This document shows, piece after piece, positions 1 through 13,309 of a stretch of 64,000 nucleotides of DNA (positions are counted from its first letter, which is position 1; the number at the start of each line of letters is the position of its first letter). Under the pieces are notes generated by a model. That model was not told the DNA's origin and ran no database searches. It saw nothing but the letters and a program-made list of their open reading frames with translations. The stretch lies in the NCBI GenBank assembly GCA_964187785.1, contig OZ076415.1, forward strand, positions 66,526,001-66,590,000. Reading direction: 5' to 3'. Position numbers and translations under genes: made by a program. The DNA is from Amphiscolops sp. MND2022 (taxonomy: Eukaryota).

Positions 1-981
1 CGGGATGAAAGATTTCCAATTCCATATATCATATCAAACTGTACTCATCTTTACAGAAATCATCCAAAAATGTGTTTCAGTTCACTGGGGCACCGTTAGC
101 TCTAGATTCAAACACTGGTTCCATAGAAGCTATAACGTTTCCGGGGAACTTGCTTTCACGCTATACTTTCTCGAATAACACTTTTTTGTTTTGGAAACCT
201 TTGACAGAATCCTTTGACTTTCTGAAAATTTCAATCCAAAAATAGCTTTTGAAAGTTTAATATACATCTGCAAACATAATAACACATAGAAGCTTTTCAA
301 AGTCTTCGAAGCTTTCGGATCGAGCCAATCCAAATTTGTCATCAAAGCGTTATTCAGAGAAGTAAAGTCCATAGTTATTTTCATCATGAGCAACTATTAT
401 AATATAACACTTGCAGGAATGGTAGATTAAGTCAGTGCATAGAAAAATATCATAAAATAAATCGACACTAAACTAAAAGTTTTTTGGGGTTGATTATCTT
501 CAACGAGTGTCTACTCGGAGTTAAACTTTGGGGTTTTGAAACCTGACAAGTTTGAAGGGGGAGGTTGGAAACAAGGGGTTTAAAATTTGGTACGGGCATA
601 GTGGAGACAGATAATTAGTTCAAAATCAGTTACATATTGCCTAAATTTACAGTAAAAACTTGAAAAAAAAATTGAGAATTAAGCGAATTTAATTGAATTA
701 CCTCTGATATTTTTTTCTATTTCCTCGATTATATGAACTGGAGATGCTAAAACTATTTTTGATTCAACCACCGTTTTTTTTTAAAAAAATTGGCAATCAC
801 CAGTTTTGAGTGATTTGTGTCAATTCAAATTAGTTTTGGATCCAGCCTTTCAAAAAATTCAAATTCATCAGAAAAGATTTTTCTGTTTGTGATCTTCTCA
901 AGTCCACTTAATCGAGGATCTGCAAAGTTTTACAAGATGTTTGCATGATCTTGCATGATTCTTTCAAGGTTTTTAGTTTGT

Positions 982-1179
982 TCATTCAAGTTGTTCATGC
1001 GGAGGGGGCAGCCAGCTGGAGGGGCAGTAGAAAGCTTCAGTCTGTAGTTTGTGCATCAACTCCTTCAGCTTCTCGAACGCCATGTCTTGTGACGTCATCT
1101 GTATGACGTCATCCATCATGTGCAGATATTTGTCGTTTATTTGAACGGAGTTTGAAAAGATGTTGTGGATCTCGTTATC
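982..1179 (-). CDS. Probable terminal coding exon of an unidentified host gene (65 aa: DNEIHNIFSNSVQINDKYLHMM...PSSWLPPPHEQLE*)
   Basis: Pyrimidine-rich acceptor (ctctcatttcttccag) directly upstream on the minus strand; 66 open codons with G/C-ending codon bias that contrasts with the AT-rich flanks; TGA at 982-984. Protein not recognised. Confidence 0.55.
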   Translation of the reverse strand, partial: DNEIHNIFSNSVQINDKYLHMMDDVIQMTSQDMAFEKLKELMHKLQTEAFYCPSSWLPPPHEQLE

Positions 1180-3180
1180 CTGGAAGAAATGAGAGAGTAA
1201 ACTGGGTGAAAAAATGATATATATTGCAAGAATCTTCCAAAAAGTCTGTGGAAAAAGAAGGCCAACCAGGGAACCAGAAATTTATATGAAAGAATAGGAC
1301 CATGTCATCTATTTTTCCCCAAACTGCGGCTGGGGGGAAGTAAGACAGAAGGTTCAAATACCATTATGTCGACATAGTTTGCGTTGAAATTTTGGTCCAA
1401 TAAAATAATTGATGTCGAAATAACCCTATCCATTACATTGACTGTTCGTTAAAAGTTGCTCATTAGATTTTATAGCGGACAAAATTTGCGCTGAAATAAA
1501 GGCCTTTCTATTCGATTTTAGCTTGTTTAAAACGTGAATTTCTGCTATTTTGGACAATAGTATCGAAAAATTTTTCAATTTGTTTTTACCTTAAGTGTCC
1601 TCTAAGTATTAACATTCATATAATATTCTCTTATTAGCGAAATATTTTTATTCAAGAACAAAATGTGTTTTCGTGTTGGGGAGGAAATTCCTAAGAAGTG
1701 GGCAAATAGATGACATGGTCTAAAGAATATCATCAATCGATGACTTCATTACGTAGTGCTATGTCATTCGTGCAAATGCTTCGAGTAAATATGATAGTCC
1801 GGCTCAACTCTGGCAGGGAGCCTCGAAAGCAAACCGTTGCCAGAATTCCAAACAATTTAGTCTCTTTTCTTATTCATCGCAACCGCCACTCAAAATTGAC
1901 ACTTTTCGCACATCTTTTTGGAGAATTTGACATTTAAGGGCATCAAAGGACTTGCAAGTTCAAACGGTCAAAGAAAAGACCGAAATTATTTTTCACTTTT
2001 TGATTTTTACAAATATAGTTTTAGGTTTTGCATCAAAAGAAACCTTGAAAATATTTGTTTTTGACCGGCTGTTCACATCTTTTGTTTTATGCTGTTACTT
2101 CAATTGATTAAAATTCCATCATTTATTTTATTCTACTGCATTTTCATGAATTGATTAGACATAAGGACTCCAATAAAATTGATCGAAAAATCATCGTAAA
2201 TTTTCGTAATCGAAGTGTAATTAATAATGAACAAGTTTTGTGTGAACTTTTAAATAGCTCAAACCTCCAAAATAGTTTTTCATTGCATCGAAAGTCAAAC
2301 ATTTTTCTTTCATGCTGCAATCTGATATTCAAACATCTTACGTATTCAAAAATAGTGAAAAATTTTTCATTACATCCAAAAAAGATTCTAATTCAATATT
2401 TTTTGGCAAAACCTGGCATTCATACCTGAAGCAAGGTTGGAAGTTTATCTGCACTCTTTTATTACTAATGCCAAAAAATTGAAAATCGAAGACAAGAAAA
2501 TCGAGAAGACGAAAAAAGACTTTCCTCCAAAAATTATCAGCTTTAAACAGTCTTGACAAAAATGGTAAATGGCTAGGTCAATTAGACGTAGTTGTGGTTG
2601 CGAGAAGTTATCGATAGCTACTTCAAAAGAACCTTGAAATATAAACTGGAATTTTCTGAAATTAGGTTACCAAGGAAAACTTTTAACAACGTAAACACCT
2701 ACGCAGTTAAAATGAATAGAATTGTTTAACTTGTTTCTGAATGTTTCCAATTACTTTCATCAAGATTTCAATTCTCATTGCTGTTTTTTCCCTGCTGCAT
2801 CCCATTTTTATTTGGTTGCTTGGAAGATTCATCCTAAATTTGGATGAAATTCGAAACCCTCAAACTTTGCAAGATACAATATGCTTACAATACGCTCTAT
2901 TTTTACATGCAGCTAAGATAACATTTAGATATTCTGAAAGTTTTTATTTTTTGAAGCGATAAGATTTTTTAGGAGGTTTCCCTTTCTAAGGGAATCTTTC
3001 TTTCTTAAGAGGAGAGTTGCTATGTACCTTGAGAAAGTAACCGAAGTTGGTGTTGTTTTCTTTGAGGACTTCGCGATTAGGTGCAGCTAGGAACACGACG
3101 AACGGCCTGATTCTCGGATTGCGCAGCTTGATCAGCGACTGAAACAGACAACACTTATTATTTTCCACCCCATTCATTTA

Positions 3181-3391
3181 AATGGTGGAGGGAAATCATA
3201 TTCTGTGTTGCGTTTGTTTTTCCAAAGTCTGCCAAATCTCCACTTTATTACTCCATTTTGTAAATTCTAGTCACCATGGCGCAGTTGGTAGTGCGTCTAC
3301 CTGGCATACACAAGGTCGTGGGTTCGAACCCGTGCTGATGCGTTGCATTTATCCAGCGGAAATTATCCTGGTGCTTAGCGGGCGTCTTGTT
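3181..3391 (+). mobile_element. tRNA-derived (SINE-like) interspersed repeat, copy 1
   Basis: Pol III A box TGGCGCAGTTGG (3277-3288) and B box GGTTCGAACC (3321-3330); no full cloverleaf or acceptor stem; a second diverged copy lies inverted at 7153-7353. Confidence 0.7.
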
Positions 3392-3795
3392 AAACATCCC
3401 ATGTATATTCAAGAGTCACCGTGAACCTAAAACCGTGATCAATGAGCGTATTCGCAGTGAACAACCAGTGTGCTTTCGCTCTCGGACAAAAATTGCAACT
3501 GTATTCGCAATGTGTGTTAGGAACTAAACTACCTATTTGTAATTGTTATTGGAACCCCAAGCACGCTCCATAATGAACCACTCGTCTGCGATTCTAAATA
3601 AGTTTCAGAAAAAGAAGTTTGATTTAAATGTTGTCACTTTTTTACTTTTTTGGAAGATTATCCGAGCGAGCTCAGCTCCTATCAAAAATAAAAACGAAGC
3701 TTTCTCAGACCAACCCGTTACTCACCTGAATAGCGTTTACGGGTTTCTTACGTGAATATGGCGCACACTCGATGCGCAACGTTGCTATAACGCCA

Positions 3796-3995
3796 NNNNN
3801 NNNNNNNNNNNNNNNNNNNNNNNNNNNNNNNNNNNNNNNNNNNNNNNNNNNNNNNNNNNNNNNNNNNNNNNNNNNNNNNNNNNNNNNNNNNNNNNNNNNN
3901 NNNNNNNNNNNNNNNNNNNNNNNNNNNNNNNNNNNNNNNNNNNNNNNNNNNNNNNNNNNNNNNNNNNNNNNNNNNNNNNNNNNNNNNNNNNNNNN
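3796..3995. other. Assembly gap (200 N)
   Basis: Run of N. Confidence 0.99.
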
Positions 3996-4132
3996 TATAA
4001 ATGAATGAATATCGAAATACAAAAATATATACATATAAAGATATGAATGAAACAAAGGATAATTGATATTATAACACAAGATGATCAAAAAAAGAAAATT
4101 GTTACCAAATGTTTAGCATATTTGTTGTAACA

Positions 4133-4213
4133 CTCGACCGCTTCGCTCCTTTCGCGAAGTAGCAACATTGAGGTCTGGTCACATGGCACGTCACTCCGCT
4201 TGGCTTCGTTCTT
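4133..4213 (-). repeat. Short GGAGCGAAGCG-motif interspersed repeat; uninterrupted copy of the repeat that element B inserted into
   Basis: Reverse complement (..gacctcaatgttgctacttcgcgaaaggagcgaagcggtcgag) aligns with 27809-27881 joined to 62513-62525. Confidence 0.7.
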
Positions 4214-6394
4214 GAGTTCAAGACAAAAGGTTATGTGAACATAGCTGACTATGTTATAAAAATGTCGACAAAATCTGCCACGCGTTTCCGACTTAGTGAT
4301 TTTCAGCAAATTGGTATATAAGTGACATGTCCCTAAGAAAGCCTACTTGTTGTGTCTTTGTTGTTGTGCCTTCCCCTAGTTGAATTGATGTGATGGACTG
4401 GTTGATTAGCTTCAGAGATGGCGAAGATTTGAATTGGAGACCACTGGACATCATTTCTGAAGCTGTTTTGATGGGTTTTCGTTGCACATGGGCTGAGAGA
4501 ACTATCACAACCCAGTGAGATAAATCCATTTATATTTCTTTTTATCAGTTCAAGGTTTTGTTTCATATACTGATTGCTTCACCGTGATGGTTGTTTTTGG
4601 GGCTATTGGCACACACCCAAATGTGGTATTCCTGCAACTAGTTAGGTTTCGAGGTTGAGTTTTGATGAACAACAACGAAACAGGCAACCCTCTGAAGCGT
4701 CTGAAGCCCTCGGGGTTGCTAGACTGGGTATAGTGAGGGCTTCGCAACGAATGGCTTCATCTAAAATGCGCCAATTTATCAAAGAACGGAGGCCCGGAGC
4801 CTTGCCGAATTTGAATATTGTAGGTGCTCTTCAGTGAACACTATCTCAGTGTAATGATGATAACTTTATACCAGACACTTTTTTTAATTCAGGCGTTGTT
4901 CACTTGAAAAGAGCTCCTAAAATTCACGGATCCTCTAGCTGAAAACTTTTCTTTTTTGAAACTTTTTTCTTCTGTTTGACTGGGATAGTGACTGGTATGA
5001 GTAGTTGGTTGGTTGTTTTTTTGTTGTAACTGTCTACTGGGATAGAGGGTTGTAAGGGGATTCCCCCTTTTCTTTCGTTGGAGACCACGGGTGTGTCTCC
5101 TCCCCCCGACACTATTACACACATGGAACTGGACTGAAGACAAAGATCCATCATATCTCATATTTGAAAAAATTCCCAAGATGTTGGGCATTAAAAATGA
5201 AGTCAAGTGACCAAATGCAAAAAACCAAATGACTATAAACAAAATGACTATAAACCAAATGGCTTTAAGCCAACTGATCATTTATCTTCCATAAGATCGT
5301 CATCTCAAACAAATTACTTTAAAAATACATATATACATATCACGATGCGTTATAATAGAGTCTGCAGCGTTGTATATCTCCCTTCCCCCTTCAGTCCGAA
5401 CTGATCGTAATAAATCGGAGACGACTGTAAGAATCGAATAAAGTCCCCAAGTGTTGCAGGGGTCGTGTTTCTTTCCTTGACCGTCCGGGAGACGTGAGCC
5501 ATAATACCTTGTCCAGCAAAGCCTCGCTGTTAACTGTGAGTAATTTTTATGAAGAGCAGCTGTACTGGAAGGGGGTTTTAATTATAACCTATGGCGTCTC
5601 TGGGGGCATTGTATATAATGCACTTCAGTCAGATCTCGACTTTTGATTTTCAATTGCGATGCTTGCAGCTTCACTTTTGTTGGGTCTTGTGCCAGATCTC
5701 CTTGGCAATTTCGGTAATTCAGAGTGGATGGATTCGAGTTGCAGCTGGTAGTTGGTAAACGCTAGCTTGTGCGGACGTTTCACTCCGATCACCAGGCCTG
5801 TGCGATCCCGTTGCAGTGGGTCGTTACTTGTCTTGTTCTGTAGAAAGAACTTGTCGCGAACTTTGAGGGTTTGCAACCGTACCGTATGTTCAGTGCGGAC
5901 CTCAGACTTTTCGTGATGACTCACCACAATATGAGAGCAGTTACTGTGTCTCCTCGGCTGGACACTCCGAAGATATTTCGCCCACAATGACGTTTGTGAC
6001 AAAATTTCGCGAGGAAATTTTACAGGACCCTAAAAACCATCTCGTGATTCGCTGCACATTCGGCCAACCAAAGTAGCGGTCCACAACACCACGGAATTGC
6101 AGCCCGTGTCTTTAAAATTATCCGCGCAGATGCACTGGATCCAATAGACCTGTTCCTGAGAGGCGAGCAGAAGACCATGCGTAATGCCCGGCCAAAAGAC
6201 ACCAGATTCCGCCCTCGAAATCATACAGGGAACGGACACCTTGATAAGGAGATTGTAGAGTGTCTAGGATAATTGCGTTCAGTGTTGAAGGGATAACAGT
6301 CCTGTTTTTGTAAAAACAAGACGGGAACGTCGAAAGGTGGCGCTATATCTAAGGCTCAAGAAGCGCAAAGTTTTCTAAATATGCTCAGGACGTA

Positions 6395-6800
6395 TTCATG
6401 AAAAGCTTTGAAAACACTTTCGAGACACCCAAAGTGTGCCTTTCATGCTCGATATGACTGGAAAATCACTGTTTCCCGACTGGGAACAAAATAAAATTTG
6501 AAATTTTTTTTGAAAAATTTTTTTGGAAAAAAACTCGAAAATGTCGCATAGTGCCGAAAAATGAAAAAGGGGGAACTTTTGGGATTCATTAACATACATT
6601 CTGTTGCAAAATATCAAAAAACTCGAAGGGGGACTCTTTTGAGACCTTAAAAAAATTTTCGAAAAAATTTCGCCCAGTGCCGAAAAAAATTGAAAGGGGG
6701 GTCCCTTTGGTCTCTTCCGGTTTCGTAGGTTACGTAAAAAAGGTAAAAAATGAAAGGGGGCCCTTTGCACTAAGTTTACATTGGCCCGACTTGGCCTGAG
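6395..6800. repeat. Probable interspersed repeat with internal A-run/G-run direct repeats
   Basis: Recurring gtgccgaaaaa(a)tgaaa(a)ggggg motifs at ~6552 and ~6677 and a partial one at ~6747; no second copy in the window. Confidence 0.3.
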
Positions 6801-7152
6801 TAGTCTTATCAGTTTCTGTAGAAAGTGGTACAAACACGATGAGCTCTGTGGTTCGACGAAAAAAAAAGAAAAAAAACTAGCCACTGTAATAGTCGGGCTT
6901 TTTTCCTTAAAGGAAAAGGCGCCGACTAAAAACACTCCAACCCCTGTGCTGAGTCCATCCTTGAATTGTGATCAATCCTACTTGTTGTCATACACTTAGT
7001 GAATAGAGGTTCTTCTATAACTTTTTTTTGTCGAAACAGTCATATAAAACGTTTAGCTCTTACAATGGTCCTCTGAAATAAAATTATACATTGAAAATAC
7101 ATCTAGCGAAACGTTATAATAGTGTTTACAAGCTTGTACAGGTGTTATAGAT

Positions 7153-7353
7153 AACAAGACGCCTGCTGAATCCAGGGATACTTTCCGCTAAAAATGTAAC
7201 GCATCAGCACGGGTTCGAACCCACGACCTCGCCAGGCAAACGCACTACCGAATGCGCCATTGTGAAAAGATTTTACTAAATGGAGTAATAAAGTGGAGTT
7301 TTGGCAGAAATTGTAAAAAAAACGCAATACAGGAAATGATTTTCCTCTCCCAT
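7153..7353 (-). mobile_element. tRNA-derived (SINE-like) interspersed repeat, copy 2
   Basis: Reverse complement aligns with 3181-3391, including the A box (tggcgcattcggtagtgcg) and B box (ggttcgaaccc). Confidence 0.7.
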
Positions 7354-7967
7354 TATATGTAATAACAAACAAAAGGTCAGAAGTTAAGTTCAAACGAAGC
7401 ACAGAAGGGGACTATTTATAGGTATTCCTGAGACTAGGGAGAGGACCCTTTTACTCAGGAGCATCGAACAATAACATTGTCAGCCATATAGTTTGATTTA
7501 ATTCTGCTTTTTTCGTAGAATTTTACTGAGTTGTTTCTCATAGATACACTGCTGGTTTTCAGGCAAAAAGATCCCTTATAGTCGATGTGTTGAGCAGTAA
7601 CGTTCTACGATACTTAGGTGATTGACGTTCTCAATCTGTCCGTAATTGCTAAACAAACATTCGAGAAAAAGATTTTCTGGAGAGAAAGCTAACTCAACGA
7701 TTCATTTTTCTGAGCTAAGTTTTCCGAAGAACACATTACTGGTAGAGGACAATATGATTCAACTTGCGTTTCATTGTGCATCCATAAAATCAGAAGTCCA
7801 TATTGTACACGGGCTTCATGAATTGAATATACTTACAACGACAAAGTATATCTTACAACGACAAAGCTATTACTAAAGTGTCTGGGCCGTGCAAAATTGG
7901 ATACATGTCTAGCTAATTCACTACTGGTTGGATGTGGATATCATAAGTTATCAAGTAAATTACCCAG

Positions 7968-8697
7968 TGTAAGGAGTAAAATCCGTATGATCCCTGAGAT
8001 CACAGGCAGACCTGGAGTTCTTCTTTGTAAGCTTCGTATTTGCGTTTTTCAACATATTTCCCATTCTATCCTCATTTGTGGACGCACAAGGCTCAACGCC
8101 ATGTTGGTTCGAAGGCAAATTTTCCGCCATTTTTTGTGTTTCAGGTATTATTCTTTCGCTTATAGCCCAACTAATAGCCCTACTAATTTGAGTCTGCATG
8201 AAGTCCATCATTGTTCTATTTACCGGGACATCCTAGCATTCTTTTCGCCCGAGAGCGTATCAATTGATTCTATTAATCTTTCTTCCCTGACGTGCTCCTT
8301 TCTATTGCCGATATCTCTGATCTCATAATCTTGAGATGAATTTTCTCTGTTCGGAAAAGACCGAAAGTCCCGCTGTCCTTCTGGGACATTGATAAGACTA
8401 TCTAACTCTCTTTCTATGGAGTTGGAATTTCCATCTCCTAACATTACAACTATGTTGCCGTAATCGGACAACATATCTAATTCTCTCGACTTTCTGGCCT
8501 TAGCCCTTTGTTTTCTTGTGGAAGGCATAAAATATTTCTACTGGAGGAAACATTTAAAGTATTCCTGTAAACGGATATTGTAGGAGAGTTTTACAAGAAA
8601 CTTTTATAAATGCAAAGCAACTGAATAACATTGATTCAACTAAGATTGTACCTTACAAAGACCTTGTCCGGGTATATATACCCAAACGGGCATGACG
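7968..8697 (-). mobile_element. Solo-LTR-like fragment of a fourth retroelement family carrying a gag-N-terminus-like ORF (MPSTRKQRAK...)
   Basis: Two consecutive minus ORFs (8220-8528, 7960-8211) run up to a ...CCTTACA end at 7968; palindromic gggtatatataccc TATA-like element at ~8670-8683; same layout as the LTR of element B. No TSD found, so the right boundary is tentative. Confidence 0.4.
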
Positions 8698-9327
8698 CAA
8701 TTTTTATAACGGTCATGTTACTAAAAATAGTCATAGACTATAAATAGCTACATTACATCATTCTAAATTTAGGAAATGCAGTCACAAATGTTTTGCGGGG
8801 TGGCGAAATCAAAGGCGCGCCGCGGTGGTAAAAAAAGGGGGTGTGACGCAAGGCCTCTCTCATTTTCGCACCAGAAAGGGAATTGGTATTGCGCTATAAG
8901 CACCTTTGCTGGTATTTCATCAAAAAAGGTCTTGTATATAAATAGCGCACCTTTCAACATATAACTAGCATCAACTGAATTGATTGACAAGTAAGGCCGG
9001 CTAATCCGTGTGGCCTTACTCGTCCTTTCCGAGTAAATATTAGCACAGCTATATAATTGATAAATAAGCATCTAATACCAACTGCGCTGTGATTGGCTAA
9101 TTAGCCGGTGACGGATGGCCACGTTAGCTATACTGGACAAGCATATATTTGAACGCGTTTCCTTTCTGTCTGTCAGTATAGCTTGCTGCCAAATGTTGTT
9201 TTACTTGGTAAACAATAATAACTAAATACATCAAACAGTACTTCAAATTCAAAACTGTATCAAAGATTCAAAAGTTTTAGTTTTTACAAAGGCAGTGTTC
9301 CGGGTAAGGTGATATGCCTTGTGTGGT

Positions 9328-12300
9328 CTATCGTGTAATTATTGCCATCGCAGGCGGCCGCCCTGCGACACCCAGATATGTCACATACATCGTAAAAAGT
9401 ATTTCCCATAGAATTATTTTCGTTCTTGCAGTTGAAAAAAATGGATTAGTGACAGTTAACAAAGAAGAAAAAAGTTGCAGTTTTTCGCTAGAAAACACGT
9501 CAAAATTACCCGAAACTTTTGACTTTCTTTTTTGGCGAGCTGGATATGCGCGAGGGCTGGTCCGGTCGCAGTACACTCGTGATGTGTCGCACACATAGGG
9601 ATATCGTAATTCAGAGGGTTCCTCACCTCTTTCCCTGCCGCCCAATCTTTGTACAATCGTGGCGAGAACTCTCAAGACCACCTCAGCATTCCAGTCCGCA
9701 AAAGAGAGGGCCGCTCCAGTTTCAGGGTTTATGGGGATGTGTAGCCTCGCAACTGGATGGAATTCCATTGGCAATGGGAGGGCGCATCGTGCTCGTGCTC
9801 GAATGATTGATACGAAGTTGTGTTCTACTAGTTTCCTATCTTTGATGACAGTGTAGGCCCTTGGTGGTCGTAAGACGGCAAAGCTGCTGATTGCTCTTTG
9901 GTAGGCGGGACCCCTCTGGGATCCATCTGATATCACCAAGTGGAGAATGGCTAGGGTAGGAGAATCTGCTGCGGCTCGCAGATCCTGTGTAGGATATCGC
10001 AGGGCCATGACTGCTCCAAAGATTGGCCAGAGTATGGGGGCGATACGGAGTATAAGGTCTTCTGTTTCTACCAGCATGAGCGCGGCGATTTGCGAGGGGA
10101 ATAGGAAACCTGGGAGGTGGTTGGGCTCTCTATTGACCGCAGGGTTTTCATCCAAGGGATGCATTATACCTGCAACGTTGACCCAGGTGGAGTAGATCCA
10201 GACGAGGATGGCCTCAATGTTGAGTTCTAGTTGTTCCTTCAATTGCAAGGGACCCGCTGGGTCTAAGGCATATAGGATTGCTTGCAGCCAAGTTCTTTGA
10301 TTCTAGGTAAATACGATGAAGCTGAAGAGGGAAAGACTTCCCTTGTCGAATATGAGTCTTTGGAGGAGGCCAGACGGTTCTTTATAGACTATGTGAAGCC
10401 CGACTGCCATCAAATATCCCAAGATTTCACTGATTGTGGCTCCTTGCATGGCTTCTACATACAATCGCGTTTGTTGCTCGTCTAAGCAGTACTCTGTTTG
10501 CACAAACCTGGGAAGCCAGAATGGGGATATATTATACAAGAGCACCGGGAATGGGATCTCTAGCCGCAGGGCGACTTGATTTAGGGTTTCGCGCAAAGCC
10601 TTGTGCCAGGTTTGATAGGTGTCTCTGGGTTCCGCTTCATTTTGCCTTGCTAAGCTTCGTGCCATTATCATTAGTAATGTCAGGGTTGGCGATACCATTT
10701 CAAGGTTTGCGTCGGTGGAAATGGCGGCTGTTGGGAATACGGTGGTGTTCAACCGCTCTGCTTTAATTGCCTCTTTAGTTCTGAATAGAGCTAATAGCTC
10801 TTTGTGGAATTTCGGGTCATGGGTTTTTTCGTCCAAGGTGGACTCATTCCTCCGCTCATACCATAAATTGTCTACTAGAGGTTTTCGTTCTTGTTCGTTT
10901 GGGTCATTTACTTGTCGCACGCCGTTCTCATCTAGCGATCTGGACGACATTTGCATCCCGTAGTCGTAGGCCGTCGCTTCATCTACTAGGAATTGTGAAT
11001 TTCCTCGATACCCAGTGTAGCTTTGCACAGCTTTCGATATCTCCGCCAAAAAGGCAGGGTAGGAGGCTTCACAGGGGCGCCATGTCGTCACATCAATTCT
11101 AAAATTTGGCACCACAATGTAGAAATGCAAGTCCTTTGCATAAGATGCTTCTAGCACCAAATACAGGAATTGTTGCAGTGCTCTCGGGAGATGTATGTAC
11201 CCAGGGGGTGAGACAAACACGATACCCGTATTTGGTTTTCTATTTCTCATTCTCGTGGTAATGTTGAACATGGCCTCCACATATGCCACAACTTCGTCGG
11301 TCACGAATCCTTCCGTGAATCGAGCGTGTTGTAGATCGAAGTGTCTCAGCATTTCTCGCAGGGCGAGGTTGTCGATCACATTTGAGTATACCAGGCTGGG
11401 GGGAGAGGTATTTTTTCTGCCGCTGCTGGCATGTATATTTTATCAGTGACCTCTGCCATCTCGCTGACCGAGATGCATGGCATGTTCATTAATCTGACAT
11501 CCATCAGGGTGTTGTTGGCATTGTATGAGGATTTGATCGTCGAGTCAACGAAGAGAGCTATTCTGGTTTTCTGTAGCAAGTCTTTCCCCATTGGCAGCAA
11601 AGTAATTGGATCTCTGGCATAGATTTTGGTTGGCAGTTGATTTTCAGCGAATCTGCCAGGCCTTTGACGGGTGAATCGTTCGCTTATATTCTGTATGGGC
11701 TGGAGGTAGGATGAATTGTCTCTTTGTAGGTCTCTTCTGAGACGTTCAAACCATGGCGGGGTTCCATCATTCGTGAACACTGGTTGTTTGACAGGCCTTG
11801 TATAGAGTACCTCAATGTTTGCCTTTTCTATGGTACGTTGTGTTCCATGTTCTCCTTTGCTGGTTGCATTTTCAAACTTCTGCCTCGAGGGATTCTCTTC
11901 GTTTGGTGTATTTGGTATTTCTCGTTGGAGACGCACTGCGTCTTTTGCGGTTATGTCTAGTTGCTTTATTTCTGTTGCTGTGAGTAGTCCTCTCGTCACC
12001 TTTTGTCTTCTTGTTTCTGATTGACTCGGAAAAGGAGCTGGGACTCCTCGGTGTGTCTTGGAACTTGATTGGTCGCCTTGTTCTCTGGCTCTCTTCCCAG
12101 CATTTATTTTGTCTCGAAGGTCTATAGGGGCATTGGCATTCTTGTTTTCCGTTCTTTGTTGTTCCCGCTGACGTTCTTGCAGCTTGGGATCCTTCTGAAA
12201 ACCTATTAGGCGATTTGATTCGCTTCTCGACGAAGATTGTGTCAACTCTTCATATGAGTCTTTGAAAGTGATCGTCCTGTTTTGGCGATTTTCTCTTGTT

Positions 12301-12940
12301 GGTTCGTTGCGGCTTGTTCGTTTTCGATTGTGCTTACTTGCACTCCTCCCCCTGAAAGACGGAAGGGAGCATGAAGTTTGAAGCGTGATGAGTGAATGAG
12401 TGCAGAGATTCAGGTGCCAGGGGCATGGGTGGAGTTAGAATGGGAGGAGGCACTAAGGGCAGGGTGCAGTTAAATGTGGTAGGTTGAAGAGGAGCCGGTG
12501 GCTGAGGTTGGTGGGGTTGAGGTGCCTGGAGGAGAGGTTGTATGGTAGGAGGGGAGATGCGGAAAGATCGTTCTTGGTCCATGGGGGGCCTATTAGGTTC
12601 TCCATAAATCATATGGGAGCGAAGATCGATGAGGTTATGAGTTAAGTCATAACTGTGCCAAGCTGCATCACGGAAGGTAGCGGAACGCTCAAGCGGCCCG
12701 ATGCTGCCGGTGATGGTGAGTAAGACTTCTGGATGCGCAGCTTGCCCTTGCATTTGAGCGAGTATCATGGCAAAGCCAGCGATTATTGTAGGGGTGGCTC
12801 CATCTTGCAAGGCTTGCTGAACTAAGGCAAGTTGGTCGACTCGACCATTGACTTCGCCAACAGACGTGGGGGTGCTGACATTGGATTGAAGATTAGCAGC
12901 ATGCTGTCGTTGATTCGGCTGGCTGGTGGGTGCTGGCATG
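9328..12940 (-). pseudogene. Element A ORF3, ~1,150 aa, unknown function, possible SGNH-like alpha/beta core
   Basis: ORFs 12334-13164, 11376-12245, 10303-11379 and 9328-10248 join through two frameshifts and one in-frame TAG (10303-10305). Motifs RIALFVDST, SLVYSNVIDN and GIVFVSPPGY. Confidence 0.6.
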
Positions 12941-13309
12941 CGGTTGCGTGAGGAGGCATCCACTGATGATGGGTGGTGTGGTATTGAGGAGCGATGGAAA
13001 GGGAAGGATGAAATGAGTTGATGGTGTAATGAAGGATAGCTGCGCAAGGACGAAGCAACAGGACAAAACTGAAAAGAAAGTTGCATATGAACATAAAAAG
13101 TGGGGTAGGGCGAGACTGAAAAGATACGGGACGAGTACAGATGAATAAAAACAAGAAAGGACAATTCATAGAAGTAAAAAGTTAGTAAAATTATTCTCGA
13201 TGGTTAAAAGGGGTAGAAAGTCGTTTATTTGAAGGAAATAATAGGTGACATGGAAACGAAGAGAAGAAAGGTGGGCCTCTGGCGGATGCGATGGAGACGT
13301 AAACACGAT

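Noticed and set aside
130-393. Minus-strand 87-aa ORF and other short ORFs in 1.7-7.9 kb
   Set aside because: AT-rich, low-complexity translations with no motif, splice support or codon bias.
3273-3345. Functional tRNA gene
   Set aside because: A and B boxes are present but there is no pairing acceptor stem or clear anticodon arm, and the sequence is embedded in a longer repeat.
3705-4088. ORFs spanning the N gap
   Set aside because: Artefacts of untranslatable Ns.
5207-5272. Short 15-bp tandem (aaatgactataaac)
   Set aside because: Only about 3 degenerate units; an ordinary minisatellite.
5330-5606. Possible plus-strand LTR fragment with a tRNA-Asn-like PBS (TGGCGTCTCTGGGGG at ~5591)
   Set aside because: No clear TG...CA termini, no partner LTR and no downstream gag; too weak to call.
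8830-8860. Plus-strand PPT-like run followed by TGTGACG
   Set aside because: No second copy or associated internal region; may simply be the 3' region of element A.
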